Numbered from the stretch's first letter, positions 23,255 through 38,901 are shown. The stretch is 64,000 nucleotides of DNA from Eledone cirrhosa (GCA_964016885.1 OZ024757.1:11842001-11906000); one strand, 5' to 3'. The notes: a model not told the origin generated them from the sequence alone. Translations and numbers: made by a program.

Positions 23255-24011
23255 TATACGTGTGTGTGTGTGTGACTAAACTGCAGAATATGGTCTTTGT
23301 TGTTCTTAGACAGTAGAGAGTGATATTTGACTGCTATTTCTACCAGGTGAAGTAACCAGGTAGGAGACTCCCTCGTTGATACGTAATAAATATTTCACTG
23401 AGTGACGCTGCTTGTTTTACCAGGGGTTGGATACAATTGATGGAGTGAATTGATATAACTGAAGGTCTTTCTGAAGGTATTAAATTATGTCAGGGACTTT
23501 TAACGCATGAGACCGGTTTTATTTATGATCAGGGAAACATTGTATAGCAATTATCTAATGTTAAGGTGAAAGTTAATATTCTGTAGATAGCATAGAGTGA
23601 GCTACATGTTTCAGGGTAGGTGTTCCATCTCCTACATGATTAAATATTTCATTTCACGAGAAACTACACTACATCGTGAATTGGTTGTTCCACATTTTAC
23701 AGGACAGTGAGAAATAGGTTTAAATCACCAACATCTGAACAATTAGCTTCCCTGGTCTTTCTTGACTTTACACTTGGACTTGAAATATAAAGTACATATT
23801 ATTTGTATTGTTAACACAGCAAATATTGTGTACTTTTCTACACTCCGTGATAAACAATCCGGATCTGTTAGGACTGCTCGCATATACATCGATACGCACC
23901 CGATTATATATATATATATATATAAAGTACATAAAGGGCCATTTCTTACCCCAAATTACTTGTACATTGTCATATCTCTTCTCGAGTTTTGAGAATTCTT
24001 CAAGAATTACA

Positions 24012-25278
<1,267 letters not shown>

Positions 25279-28200
25279 TCATCATCATCATCATCACCGT
25301 TTTACGTCCGTTCTTCCACGCTAGCATGTGTTAGACGTGTTGTCCTGTTGTGGGCAGTGTCTGGTCGGCTGACCATGCCTTGCTCATACAGGAACTGATT
25401 TGGCTTGATTTCTACAGCTGGATGCCCTTCCTAACACCAACCTCATTTACAGTGAATGCTGGGTGCTTTTTCGTGGCGCCTTTACAGTGTGGGCTGGGTG
25501 CTTTTTGCCGTGGCACCTCAACGACCACCTTGCAGTGGGGGGAGGGGCATATTGTCTATATGCTTCAGCTTGTACCCTTGGGAGGTCGGGTACTCTGTAT
25601 TACTGCGTGACGCCAGAGGTCACAGTCGTGTGTCATCGCCTTTGAGAGGTGTAATTGGGTAAGGTCGGTTTTTATCACCTCATCCCAGGTCATCTTGGGT
25701 CACCCCACTCCGCGGTTTCCATCGGCTTCTAGTGCTCTGCACCTTTTTATGCAGCTGTCATCCTTCATACGCATCACATGTCCATACCAACGCAACCTCC
25801 TCTCCTGCACACAGCATTTGATTCCTCTTATGCTCAGTCTCTCTCTCAATTCATTTATGCTTTGTTGTTCGCGTATATTACCATTACACATCCATCGGAG
25901 CATGCAGGCTTCGTTTCTCTCTAATCTACGTAAGTGTTCCACCTTCAGCGCCCAGGTCTCACTACCATGCAACATCGCTGTTCGGATACACGCATCATAC
26001 AGTCTGCCTTTCATTTTGAGGGAGAAGCTTTTTGCAGCTAGTAGTTCCCTAAACTTCTTCCATCCCGTTCTTACCCTAGTTATTGTACTTTCTGAACACC
26101 CACCTCCGCTGCTAATTCGGTCACCTAGGTAGCAGAAGCTGTCTACTGTTTCTACAGAGCCCTCCCAGAGATTGGTGGTACTTGTTTCCTGTGGCTGTTT
26201 GCTGCTTGCTGTCCCAGTACAGCTGCTGCATGTGTAGCCTATATTCTTAATTAAGCTTGCTGAGATCCCGCTACATCTCTTGTGTACCCATTGTTTGCAT
26301 TTGGGGCAGAGAATGGAGTTGCTACCTACACCTTTCCTACATACTGAGCAAGGCCATTTCCCTGAGGGGATCTGGGTTCTGTTTTCTCGTCTACTTACAA
26401 GGACCTTAGTCTTTGTCATGTTGACTTTGAGACCCTTTCTTTCTAGTCCCTGCTTCCAAGTTTGGAATTTCTTCTCTAGTTCTACCATAGATTCAGCTAT
26501 AAGTGCGGGTTCATCAGCATACAGGAGTTCCCATGGGCATCCGGTCTTAAACTCCTCTGTTATTGCCTGCAGGGCTATGATTAACAGGAGGGGGCTAAGA
26601 ACAGAGCCCTGGTGGACTCCAACCTGTACGCTAAATTCCTCGCTATACTCATTGTTAATCCTAACTTTGCTGACTGCTCCCCTATATATGGCTTGTTCCG
26701 CTTTCACAAGCCATTCATTTAATCCTAGTTTTCTAAGAGCCCACCAGATTACAGCACGTGGAACTCTGTCAAAGGCTTTCTCAAGATCGACGAATGCCAG
26801 GTAGAGTGGCTTACTTTTAGCTAGGTACTTTTCCTGTAACTGCCTCACAAGGAAGAGGGCATCAGTGGTGCCTCTACCTGGTACAAACCCAAATTGCATC
26901 TCATCTAGTTTCACGCGGTGCTTAATCAACTGTGCTATAACTATTTCTGTTACTTTCATGACCTGGTCCATCAGCTTTATACCTCTATAGTTTCCTCTAT
27001 CGAGTGCATCACCTTTACCTTTGTAGCAATTGACAATGATGCTACTGCGCCAATCTTTTGGTATGACACCTTCTAGTATTACCTGGTTAACAATACGTGT
27101 GGTTATAGTGTGACCTACAGACCCAGATGCCTTCAGCATCTCGGCAGCTATACCCGAAGGACCGGTTGCCTTCCCCATCTTCATATCTTTGATTGCCTTA
27201 CTTACTACGCTGCTGCTGACTTGTACTGCTGGCCCCTCTATAGGGTCTACTTGGGGTAGGGTCTCTTCTTCCCATGCATTCTCCTCATTTAGTAATCTAT
27301 CATAATGACTCTTCCATGCATCTTTCTTCTCAGCACTTGTGAGGGAAGCTCACCTTTATCATTGCGGATTCACTTCTCTCCAATGACATCACAATTCTCT
27401 CTGATACACTGCCTCGCAATCTTGAACACCTCCTGTTTCTGGTCCTCACGTTGCAAAACATGCTTGAATTTTCTATCCTTTGCTTCCCTCCTAGCTAAGT
27501 ATACTTGTCGCCTAGCTTCCCTCTTGGTCTCTATGTAATGTACCCTGCTCCCCCCGTTCTTCCATTCTTTCCATGCCTGTCTCTTGGCCTTAACTGCCTC
27601 ATCTACCTTATTGTTCCACCACCAAGTCACTCTCCTCCTGCTTGTGGTCTTACTCCAGCCACAGAGCTCATCCGTTGCCTCTAGTAAGTTATTTTTTAGG
27701 AAATCCCAGCGCTCTTCTACATTGAATGTCTCTATCTGTTCTTCTTTACTGTCGTAGGCGTTGAGTAAAATATCTTTAAATCTGTTACTGGTTGAGGGGT
27801 CTTTCAGCTTCCAGATCTTTCTTCTCCAGGTTGGCCTCTGTTTCCAGGTTCGTCTAGTTCTGACTTTGAGGTCGCTGACAACTAAACTATGTTGGGAGGT
27901 ACATTCCTCTCTAGGGATGACTTTTGTGTTTACGACCGTCCATCTGTCACGTCCTCTGATGATGATAAAATCTATCTGACTAGAATGCTCCCCTGATATA
28001 TAGGTGATCAGGTGATTGTCGGGTTTTTTGAAGTTTGTGTTACATATCGACATGTCATTAGCATCGCAGAATTCTAGAAGTCTGAATCCTTCCTCATTTC
28101 TTGTGCCAACCCCGTGGCCTCCATGGACTCTAGTGAAGCCGTCACAGTGTTTACCTACGTGTCCGTTAAAATCTCATGCGATGATTAGGAAATCATTGTC

Positions 28201-28732
28201 GTTTGTTAGAGCAGTAGTGTGCATTAGGGACTCGTAAAATCTATCCTTAAGTTCGTCTGACAACCCCGATTGGGGTGCGTAAGCTGATATTATTGTGGTA
28301 ATTGTTTTATTCAGGACTAGTCTGAATTTAATGATTCTTGCATTTACCCTGTACACTGAGATTACTTTATCTACCCATTTGTCAGCTAGTAGTATACCTA
28401 CACCACCCATCCCATCGTCATTTTCCACCCAGAAAAATTTGTAGCACTGACTTTTTCCGACAAAGACTCTAGCAGACTCTCCTCTCCATCTAGTCTCTTG
28501 CACACACCATACATCAATTTCCTTTCACTCTAGCATTTCTACGATTTCTCCTGCTCTTCCTTTCATTGTGCTTACATTGATGGTACCAACTCGGAGTTTT
28601 GGGTATTTGTCGACACACGTAGGCAAGGGTGGATTTTTGCAGGCGTGTGTGTGTGCTTTCTCTCTCTGGATTGGCGCTTCACATGGGTGCTTGGTAGCTC
28701 GCGGATTCATATTTAATCTATTAATTCAGAGT
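25279..28732 (-). mobile_element. Near full-length RTE-clade LINE (APE endonuclease + RT) inserted in ZNF-A
   Basis: GTINVSTM, QETRW, SAYAPQ and SQHSLV endonuclease motifs; FVDLEKAFD, QGSVLSP and YAD RT motifs; a few stops; (GAT)n tail at the 25279 end. Confidence 0.95.
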
Positions 28733-29044
28733 TGTAGGAAATATTTTCTCCATGGCTGTAATTTGACTGCACACATAAGAACATACATAGGAGAGAAACT
28801 CTTCAAATGTGAAATATGTGGGAAATATTTTGGCCGTAGCTCTACTCTGTCACTACACAAAAGAACACACACTGGAAAGAAACCCTTCCATTGTGAAATA
28901 TGTGGGAAATATTTTGTGAGAAGGAATCATTTAACTAGACACAAAAGAACACAAAAGAACACATACAGGAGAGAAATCATTTTTTCTGAGAGTTGGATAC
29001 TTAATAATCATATAAGTATTCACACTGGGGAATAACCGTTCCAC
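28733..29044 (+). pseudogene. C2H2 zinc-finger gene A, 3' part (about 3 fingers plus a remnant)
   Basis: CRKYFLHGCNLTAHIRTYIGEKLFKCEICGKYFGRSSTLSLHKRTHTG.. resumes the finger interrupted at 25278. Confidence 0.88.
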
Positions 29045-31665
29045 AATGAAACATTACCATCAGGACACTCAACTTTGTGATATACTCAGAGCTGCTGCCA
29101 GGAAGACAACCACTTATGCAGGAAACTTCAATCACCCTGAGATTGACTGGGAAACCTTTCGTTGGCTGCCAAGTGCAAATGATTTCCTTGAGCTAGTACT
29201 GGACTCGAGTTGGTCCCACGTGGTCACCTCCCCAACGAGAGGTAATGATCATTGCCAATCTATCCCTCATGAGCAGTAACAAGAACCACAACCATCTCCA
29301 AACTGCTCACTTAGACTGGAATAAAGCAGACTGGAACTGTTACTGCGCCGAGTTGCAACGGCCAAACTGGCTTGAGTTCTACGACTCTGGAGATGTCAAC
29401 ACTGTACTCCAGAACATCTTGAGCTCAATATGGACAGCATATGCAGCATCGGTGCCACGTAAGCGGAAAAACATCCCAAAAGTGCAATTTGGGAGACTGC
29501 AGCAGTCTGTCTTGCCAGAAAAGAACGGCGCAATGCTGAACGTGAGTACAAACTTCACAAATCAGACATTAATAGGAAGAGGGCGAAATAGATCGTCCAA
29601 CCACCTCAAACAGGTGACAAAAAAGGCAGTGCTTCAATTTGAGCAGCGCATAACAACCAGCCCTGACAGTAAGGTGTTCTGGAAGTATGTTCACTCAAAG
29701 CAGAGGCCTCACTCTCCCGTTGGTCCTCTTCACAAACCCCACACAAGCCAGGTTACTGAAGACCCCAAGGAATGCGCAGAGCTCATTGCTGAATGCTATG
29801 CAGGCATTTTCACTATTAAAGACCAGAGTGTACCATCTCCACCACCTATGACACCGGACTCTATTACAAACATGGAATTTACACCTGCAATGCTGCGACG
29901 TCACCTAAAACATATACGCAACCATGCCTCTCCTGGTCTTGATGGTGTTATGTACCTGCTTCTTAAACCTGGTGGGTACTTCCTTCTGCACCAGCTATCA
30001 TGCTTCTTCCAATTCTGTCTTAACAACAGTGCTACTCCAGAACAGTGGAAAACTGCCAGTGTCATTCCCCTGTTCAAAAAGGGTGACCGCACATCACCTG
30101 TGAACTATCATCCAGTGAGTCTTACTAGCTGCATCGCCAAACTGATGGAATCCTGTGTCAGAGAAACACTTTGGAACTTCTGGAGCTCTCACAGTCTTAT
30201 CCGGCCCTCGCAATTTGGATTTATCCCTAACTCCAGCTGCTGTGATCAACTTATAGAGTTTCTTGAGGACATCACCCGGATCACTGATGGCGGCTCATGG
30301 GTGGATGTTGTTTACCTTGACTTTGCGAAAGCCTTCAATTCTGTGCCACACAAAAGGCTTATGGGCAAACTCTCTGCAATGGGTGTGAAGGATAATCTTT
30401 TTAACTGGTTGAAGTCCTTCGAAGAGAGGTAGTCACGGTTCTGGGACAGCATTTCTCACTATATGAATTGTCATCTGGTGTACCATAGGGATCTGTTCTT
30501 GGCCCCCTTTTGTTTGTGGCATATATTAATGCCATAGATGCCAACTTAAAGAATGCCACGGTACGAAAGTACGCAGATGACATCAAGCTGTACCTTGAGA
30601 TAAAAAGGACATATCCTGAACACTATAGATCTTGCTTGCAGTCTGACCTGGACACAATTCAACAATGGATCTCAGACTGGCAACTCAAGCTAGCTGTGGA
30701 CAAGTGCACCACCATGCATTTTGGGAGTAAAAACCCAGTGTCCACATACTCCCTCCACAGCACTAATATCAAGAAGTCTTCTTGTGAACGTTACCTGGGC
30801 ATTACGGTCAGCAGCGATTTGCGTTGGACGAAGCACATCTCTAAAATTGTCAAGAGGGCCGAGGGTGTCTTAGCATCACTCAGCAAGACCTTTGTCACCC
30901 ACTCTCCAGCTATCTATTTAAGGCTGTACATGGCTATGGTGCGGCCACACTTAGAATTTGCATCACCACTCTGGAACCCCTATCTTGCTCAGAACATTGA
31001 CGGCCTGGAAACTGTTCAGAGACGTGCAACCAAGCGAATACCCTCCATCAGGCATCTACCATACTCTGAACGCCTTGCTTCCCTGGGAATGGATACATTG
31101 AAGCTCCGACGCCTGGCTACTGACTTGGTAAACATCCACAACATTGTTAACCATCTTGCCAACAACAACCCTGAGTACCTTTTTGATTTCCATGTGTGTA
31201 ACACACGTGGACATGCCCACATAGTCAGAAAACAGCACAGTTCCCATGACTTTCGGAAACATTTTTTCACACTCAGAGTTGTTGAAGCATGGAATAAACT
31301 ACCTGCATCAGTTGTTAGCTGTCGAGACACTGCATCCTTTAAAACCTCCATGGAACAAACTACCTGCATCGGTTGTTAGCTGTCGAGACACTGCATCCTT
31401 TAAAACCTCCATGTAACAAACTACCTGCATCAGTTGTTAGCTGTCGAGACACTGCATCCTTTAAAACCTCCATGCTTCCCGAGATTCTCCCACACTACAC
31501 CTAATGTTCCCCCTCCATACACATAGACACTTGTATATCATGACTCATACACTATTCACTTCCCTGATATTTGTTTATTTTCTATGTACTATACATACAC
31601 CTTTGACGAGTTGTAGTGCACCTGAGCACTTTACACAATAAATTCATTATTATTATTATTATTAT
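29045..31665 (+). mobile_element. 5'-truncated CR1-clade LINE (EN remnant + RT)
   Basis: GNFNHPEIDW, YLDFAKAFNSVPH, P*GSVLGP, YADDIKL, VRPHLEFA and FFTLRVVEAWNKLP; AATAAA plus (ATT)n tail. Confidence 0.92.
31288..31470 (+). repeat. Three tandem 61-bp copies at the CR1 ORF2 end
   Basis: Unit catggaataaactacctgcatcagttgttagctgtcgagacactgcatcctttaaaacctc starts at 31288, 31349 and 31410. Confidence 0.95.
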
Positions 31666-34600
31666 ATATATGATTTCTATATATCTATACATTGTTGTCC
31701 AAAGGTATAGCTGAAACAGGTTGACACCAATGATGTCACAGCTCATCATTTAATGTCCAATCTGATGAGTTCCACTCCAGTTGCTAAGGTTTGGGATGTT
31801 GAGATTTGTTACAAAAATATCACGAAAACCAAGATACTGGGTTGGTATAACTACCTGGTTTGTATGTGTTGTGGTGTGGTGCAGGGTTATGTGTCAGATG
31901 TGTGTCTTGTGTGGGATGGGGTATGTATTGTGGTGTTTTGATGTGGTGTGTGTGTGCAGAGTGATGTGTTGTTGTGTGAGTGTAGTGTATAGAGGAAATT
32001 TTACAAACATAGGACCGATAAGGGGTGTGTGAGGACTCTACCCCCTACAACTCTCTCAGGAATAAATGGGTGAAGAAAATGAGAAGTATTTTCAAATGTG
32101 AATTATTTTTTTTAAAAGTCATAATTTGAACTGTCATGGAAGTACCATCAACAAATATTAAAGTTATAGAATTGTTTTTATTTACACATAAATGTGGATA
32201 TTTTGTCAAATATAAACCAGTTAAGGTTTACAAAATAAACACATAATTCTTCTGTTTTTTAATGATGTATTCATAAGGGTGTCACTGTGGACATTTGAAG
32301 CTTGGTGGAGCCCTTCACTCTACAGGTTTGAACAGTTGATTTCTTCTAGAGAATGTGAGAGAGGAAGAGCAAACCGCAGTGGGAGACTGGTATTGTTTTA
32401 TATCAACCTTGAATGGATGAAAGGCAAAGTTGACCTCAGCAGGATTTAAACCCAGAGAACCAGAACAAATATGGCAGAAAGCATTCTATCTATTGTTTAA
32501 AGACTTTAAATAACTGTTTCTACTTTTAACTCAAGGCAAGTAAGTGTAAGGGAGGGAGAAAGTTGATTAAATCAACCGCAGTGGATTACTGGTACTTTAA
32601 TTTACTGAACCTCCGAGGAAGAAAAGTAAAGCTAACCTCAGCAGGATTTTAATACAGAATGTAAAGAGCTGTAACTATATGACACTAATCACGTCGTCTG
32701 ACACTCTACCAATTCTGCAAATCCCCCACTCTCAACAATGAAATGAGGTGTCTCTATAAGAAACCTTGGGCAGACAAGGCGAAGGGACAGTTTCAGCTTC
32801 TCCATGCTGCGAGGGCACTGGAGGCTTCACGCGTCAAGCCATCACAGGTGAGGTGGTGGAAGCAGTCACACCCCAAACAGTTCCGGTCCCTCTTCCGTCT
32901 ATTTGTGGTGCTGCAGGGGATGGAGGATTTGGGGTGTTGGGGCACGAGCGGCATCAGGGGTGAGTGGCTGGTTGTCACCAGCCTAGGTGCTAGGCACAAC
33001 TGTGTGAGTGGAAGGGAAAATGCTGATAAGAGGGCCTCATAGCTCACCTACATCAGATATGGAGGCATCAGAAGACAAGAGAGAAAAGAAAGGGATGCAT
33101 GGAGGGGCACAAGAAGGTAGAATGTTAGCAAATAAATAAATGAATGAATGGATGAATATACAAATAAGAAAACAGGGGGTTGTTCCCAGCGGGAAGACCC
33201 AGAGTTCAGCACGCACACATGCGAGCATGTTAGCAGTTTCTCATAGAACCTTGTGGCTAAATGTGAATCTTTCAATCCTGAAATCATGTGTTGTTGTTAT
33301 TGTCACTGATGCTGGAGTTGGCTTCCTCTTGTTAATGGTATTGTTTGCTGGTAAGTTGTTGGTGTATACACATATATGTTGTTGTTGTTAATGTCACCGC
33401 TGCTGACGCTGCCTTCCTCTTGTTGATGGTGGTGGTCATTGAAACTGCTGCCTATTCGGGCTGCCAGGCTGGTTGCTGGGACTCGAACGCCTTCTATAAC
33501 CGAAGATGCGGGGTCGTTGTTATTGTCAGTTGTTGTCGTTGCCTTCCTCTTGTTAATGGTAGTGATAATTGTTGGTGCTAGCTATATCGGCTGTCAAGCT
33601 GGCTGCTGTATCAGCTTCTGTGAGTGACGCTCCAATGGCCTTCTTGACCAAAGATGCAGGTCAATGGCTTTTGGCATAGCTTGGCAACACAACGGCAAAT
33701 AAATATATTCTTTTTTTTTTTTTCTCTCTTTCTAATCTGATTCAATATCATCAATTGGAAAGACCAATGGAAACATTGTTTCCTTGGTCCAATCTGATGA
33801 GTTCCACTCCACTTGGTAAGTAAAGTCTGAGATTTGTTACAAAAAAAATCACTAAAATCAAGATTGGTATAACTACCTGTATGTGTCTATTGTGGTGTGG
33901 TATGTGGTGTGTTGTGGTGTTTTGATGTGGTGTGTGTGTATGCAGTGTGATATGTTGTTGAGTGTGTGTAGTGTAAAGAGGAAATTTTACTCACATAGGA
34001 CCTAGAAGGGGGTGTGAGGACTCTACCCCCTACAACCCTCTCAGAAATAAATGGGTGAAGAAAAAGAGAAGAAAGTTGTAAAGTATTTTCAAGTGTGAAT
34101 TATTTTTTTAAAAAGTCAAAATTTCAACTGTCATGAAAGTACCATCCAACAATTATTAAAGTTATGCAATTGTTTTTATTGTGGATATTTTATTGTGGAT
34201 ATTTTGTCATAAATATAAATATAAACCAGTTACGGTTTACAAAATAAACACATATAAACACATCAATGTTTTTTTATTTAATTGATGTAGTCATAAGGGT
34301 GGAACTGTGGACATTTGAAGCTTGGTGGAGCCCTTCTCTCTCCAGGTTTGAACATTTGATTTCTTCCAGAGAAAGAGAGAGAATAAGAGAGAGCAAGTGA
34401 GATAGAAATATAGAGAGGAAGAACAGACCCCAGTGATAGACTGGTATTGTTTTTTATCAACCTTGAATGGATGAAAGTCAAAGTTGACCTCAGCAGGATT
34501 TAAACAGAGAGAGCAGAGAACCAGGATAAATAAGAGTAGAATTGTTAAACCCAGAACATAAAAAACTAACTTTATGAGACAAAGCATATTGTATGACACT

Positions 34601-35537
34601 CTACTGATTCTGCCAATCCACCAGCCTCAACAATGAAATGAGATTGTGTCTCTGTAATAGCCCTTAATGACAAATAATATGAAGGGGTACTTTCTACAGG
34701 GTGTATTTGTTAATTACAATACAAAACCTCTGAGAATGATTTCCAACATATTTCACAATAATAAATGTTCATCAATATATATTAATATTATTATTATTTT
34801 CTACTAGCATGTGTAGTGTGCATATTGATATTATAGGCAGGTATATATACATGTAGATATGATACATCAAATAAAATCGTAATTAACAATATATAATACA
34901 CAGCAATTGAACAACGACTGTGTTACAGTCTCTTATTTAATCAGGAACGTAATCCAAGATACATTAAAAAAGACGATATTATATATAAACTGCATTAGGA
35001 GAAAATTAGTGACAGAAATATATGAATGTTTATTTAAGCGATGGCCAACCGGAAGTGTTGATATTTCAGAAATGAATCTGTTAATAAACAATATATATTT
35101 AATCAACAGCCACGGAATTTAGTAGATAAATTATGTAATATTCATTCATTATTTATTCAAAGTAATGCAACTTATTTTACTAATGGGATAAATAATTATA
35201 AACCGTACACATTCCAGCGCTCCTTACTTTATTATAGTTGAGATTTATTAGGTCAGGTGGATTGGCCAGAACAATTCTACTCTTCTTTTTTAGATGTCAC
35301 GATCTTCCATGGCATTCCTGAGATCATTAATCTCCAGCTGGACATCCTGAGACATCTGATCTATGTAGGTCAATCTCAGTCATCCCACTAGGGTCTTACA
35401 ATGTTTAGGTATCTACAACAATAGCCAGCTCATCTTACCCTCAGTAGCAATGTCCAGCTTATCTTGTCCTCCGCTCCCTAGTTATATATGTCATTATATT
35501 TCTTACCTTTGAGTAATGTATTAAAAAATAAAAAATA

Positions 35538-35568
<31 letters not shown>

Positions 35569-35674
35569 ACATATATGTTAAAATATATAAGATTTCTCAA
35601 GCTTCACATTTTATATTCTGCCTTCCAAAGTGTGTCTATATATTTGTGTTTTTCATATTTGACTGTGATGGAGT

Positions 35675-36184
35675 TTACCGCAAGTGTTGACTATGTAGGT
35701 GAACAACAAGTGACGAATTCCAAGTGAAAGATTTACCGCATACTTCACATGAATAAGGTTTTTCACCAGTGTGTATTCTTTTGTGACGTTCAAGATTAGA
35801 ACTATGAGAAAAAGATTTCCCACATATTTCACATGAATGAGGTTTTTCACCAGTGTGTGTACTTTTGTGACGTTCAAGATGAGATGTATCAGAAAAAGAT
35901 TTCCCACATATTTCACATGAATAATGTTTTTCGCCTGTGTGCTTTCTTTTGTGTTCTACAAGAATGTACTTCTGGGTGAAAGATTTCCCACATATTTCAC
36001 AGTGGAAGGGTTTTTCTCCAGTGTGACACCGTATGTGGATGACAGGAGCAGAATTATTAGTGAAAGATTTCCCACATATTTCACTGTCGAAGGGTTTTTC
36101 TCTACTCTTTATTTTCTCGTGTGAGGATAGTTTCAGTCTTGAAAAGAAAGTTTTCCTGCAAATCTCACAGATATATTCAGACAT
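35675..36184 (-). CDS. C2H2 zinc-finger protein B (169 aa; 6 finger units, the first two degenerate)
   Basis: Intact ORF with TGEKP linkers; conserved 3' splice acceptor (ttttcttcttccaag) at 36280-36295 upstream. Confidence 0.8.
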   Translation of the reverse strand: MSEYICEICRKTFFSRLKLSSHEKIKSREKPFDSEICGKSFTNNSAPVIHIRCHTGEKPFHCEICGKSFTQKYILVEHKRKHTGEKHYSCEICGKSFSDTSHLERHKSTHTGEKPHSCEICGKSFSHSSNLERHKRIHTGEKPYSCEVCGKSFTWNSSLVVHLHSQHLR

Positions 36185-36916
36185 ATTTCATAAAGGAATC
36201 TCACCACTTCCACTCATATATTAAGAAATGTAGCATTCAGTTGGTAAAGTAATAAGATGTATGAAAGCGTAAGACTGATCTTGGAAGAAGAAAAAGCAAG
36301 TGCTTATATATATGTGTGTGTGTGTGTACCTTTTTTTTTATTTTTGTTAAGACGAGAGAAGCCCTATTCACAATAATATCCTCAACTCATAAAACAGACG
36401 AATCAAGCTTCTATAGTTAAGGTTCTTGTTATTGAGGACAGTTCAGGTCAGAAGAGAATTAATATCCATAATTTCAAAAGAAGAAGGTTAATATATATAT
36501 ATATACATGTATATATATAAAGACATACAGTGTGTAGGTATGAGAGAGAGAAATAAATAGACGTGTGTGTGTGTAGAAATATGTGTGTAGGTGTTGTAAT
36601 AAATCAAGATATTTCACTTCAGATAGAAAAGTTCACAATGTTTGTGTTGTGATGGAAAACGTAACAATACGTACTTTAGTTCTCAAGACCAAATATAAAG
36701 TCAAGAAAAGTTAGTAAAAACTAAATGTTCACTGATTTCTGATTAAAATAATATTTTCCTGTCCTGTAAAATGTTGAACAACCACTTCAATATTTAATAA
36801 TACAGGTGATAAAACAACAACTATAAGGTAAATAAGTCACCTTATGTTATTTACAAACATTAACGGTCACATTAATATGAAATAATTTCCATAAAAGATA
36901 AAATTAGATGAGGTTT

Positions 36917-37430
36917 AAGTTGTAACAATTGAGCTGATATAAATGGTAATATTTCACCGTCTAGTTGACACCGGTGTCATGACTTAAAAGTCCCCTACAT
37001 AATTTAATACATTCAGAAACAACTTCCGTTATGTTAATTCATACGTTCAATCTATATGCTAGTAATTTATTTAGATTTGTATAAATAACATTATTAATTT
37101 TACATAACTGTTCATATTAAAACAAAACACAATATTAAAGGTAATAAAATATTTAAGAAATCGAAATGAAAAGAAGTAATTTGTTAAACATAAATGTGCA
37201 TATAAGTTGTAACGATGGTGCCATTGTAGATAGCTTTCCACTGTCTAGTTGAGACCGGTGTCATAACTTAAAAGTCCCCTACATAATTTAATACATTCAG
37301 AAACAACTTCCGCTATGTTAATTCACACCTTCAATCAATATGCTAACAATAAATAACATTATTAATGTTACATAACTGTTTATATTAAAACAAAACACAT
37401 TATTAAAGGTAATAAACTAGAAATGTAAAG
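36917..37430 (-). promoter_or_regulatory. Tandemly duplicated (~285 bp x2) putative ZNF promoter / first-exon module
   Basis: Module cttaaaagtcccctacataatttaatacattcagaaacaacttccg (minus strand CGGAAGT, ETS-like) recurs upstream of the ZNFs at 23446-23516 (+), 54828-54890 and 58620-58670. Function is inferred from position. Confidence 0.5.
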
Positions 37431-38901
37431 ATCGAAAAATGAAAACGAATGAAGCAACTAAAATAATTGTTTCTATTTTTGGCACATGGCCAGCAATTGG
37501 ATGAAAGGCAGTTTCATCCAAGTTAGACCCAGTAAGGATGAAAGGCAAAGTTAATCTCGACAGGATTTGAACTCAGACCGTAAAGGGACGTGACTCTATG
37601 CTGCAAAGCATGGCGTCCGACCCTCTACACGTACTACCAATCCACCTAATTGGGAGAGGGACAGACTCTATACTCCTGTGTGAGCTGTAACTCAGCCCCA
37701 GCCTACAAACAAAATGGCAATTCTCTAACTTTTTCTATTGAAACTGGTCACTCAAACTGATGTCATGGTATTGTTCTCAAAATAAATACTTTCAAAATCT
37801 CATAGATTCGATATTATGTGAGATAATTATGTGAGATAATTATATGAGATAAAGCATTTACCATGAAAATATAATAGTATATATAGAATACTGTGAATAC
37901 TAAAGGGTTAAAGTTATAAAATTGTTTTTATTTTTACATAAGTGTGGATATTTTGTCACAAATATAAACATAAACCAGTTAGGTATTATAAAATAAACAC
38001 ATAAATCTTTTATTTTGTCTGTTGAACTGATGTAGTCATAAGGGTGTCACTGAGGCCATTTGAAGTTTGGTGGAGCCCTTCACTCTCCAGGTTTGAACAG
38101 TTGATTTCTTCCAGAGAAGGAGAAAGAAATATAGAGGGGAAGAACAGACCCCCAGTGATAGACTGGTATTGTTTTTTGTCAACCTTGAATGGACAAAAGA
38201 CAAAGTTGACCTCAGCAGGATTTAAACTCAGAGAGCAGAGAACCAGAACAAATATGGCAGAAAGCATTATATCCATTGTTACATACATAGACATTAGATA
38301 ATTGTTTCTACTTTTGACACAATGCTGGCTATTTGAAAGAAAGGGGAATGGAACCCCAGTGCATTACTGGTACTATATTTCATCCACCCTGTAAGGATGA
38401 AAGGCAAAGTTGACCTTGGCAGGGTTTAAAGTAAGAAGCTAAAGGTCGGTAACTATATGACACAAAGTATTTTGTTTGATGCTCTACTAATTCTACCAAA
38501 CCACCACCCTCAGCATTAAAATAAGATTGTGTCTCTATAAGAAACCTTAATGACAAATATGAAGTAGAACTTTCTACAGGGTGTATTTGTGGATTACAAT
38601 ACAAAACCTGAGAATAATTTCCAACATATTTCACCATAATAAATGTTCATTAATATATATTATTTCGTGGCATTCTTGAGATTATTAATCCCTACCTGAA
38701 CATCCCTAGACATCTGATCTATGTAGGTCATTTTCAGTCATCCCACTAGGGTCTTACTATGTTTAGGTATCCACCACAAGAGCCAGCTCGTCGGGTCATC
38801 CATTCATCAGTAGGAATGTCCAGCATATCTTGTCCACCGCTGCCTAGTTATTGGGGTAATCTTTGATATATGGCAATTTATTTCTTCCAATTGATAGAGG
38901 A

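Noticed and set aside
31288-31470. Regularly spaced repeats as a CRISPR-like array (also 51040-51590 and 53960-54190)
   Set aside because: Head-to-tail tandem repeats without unique spacers, in eukaryotic DNA with no cas genes.
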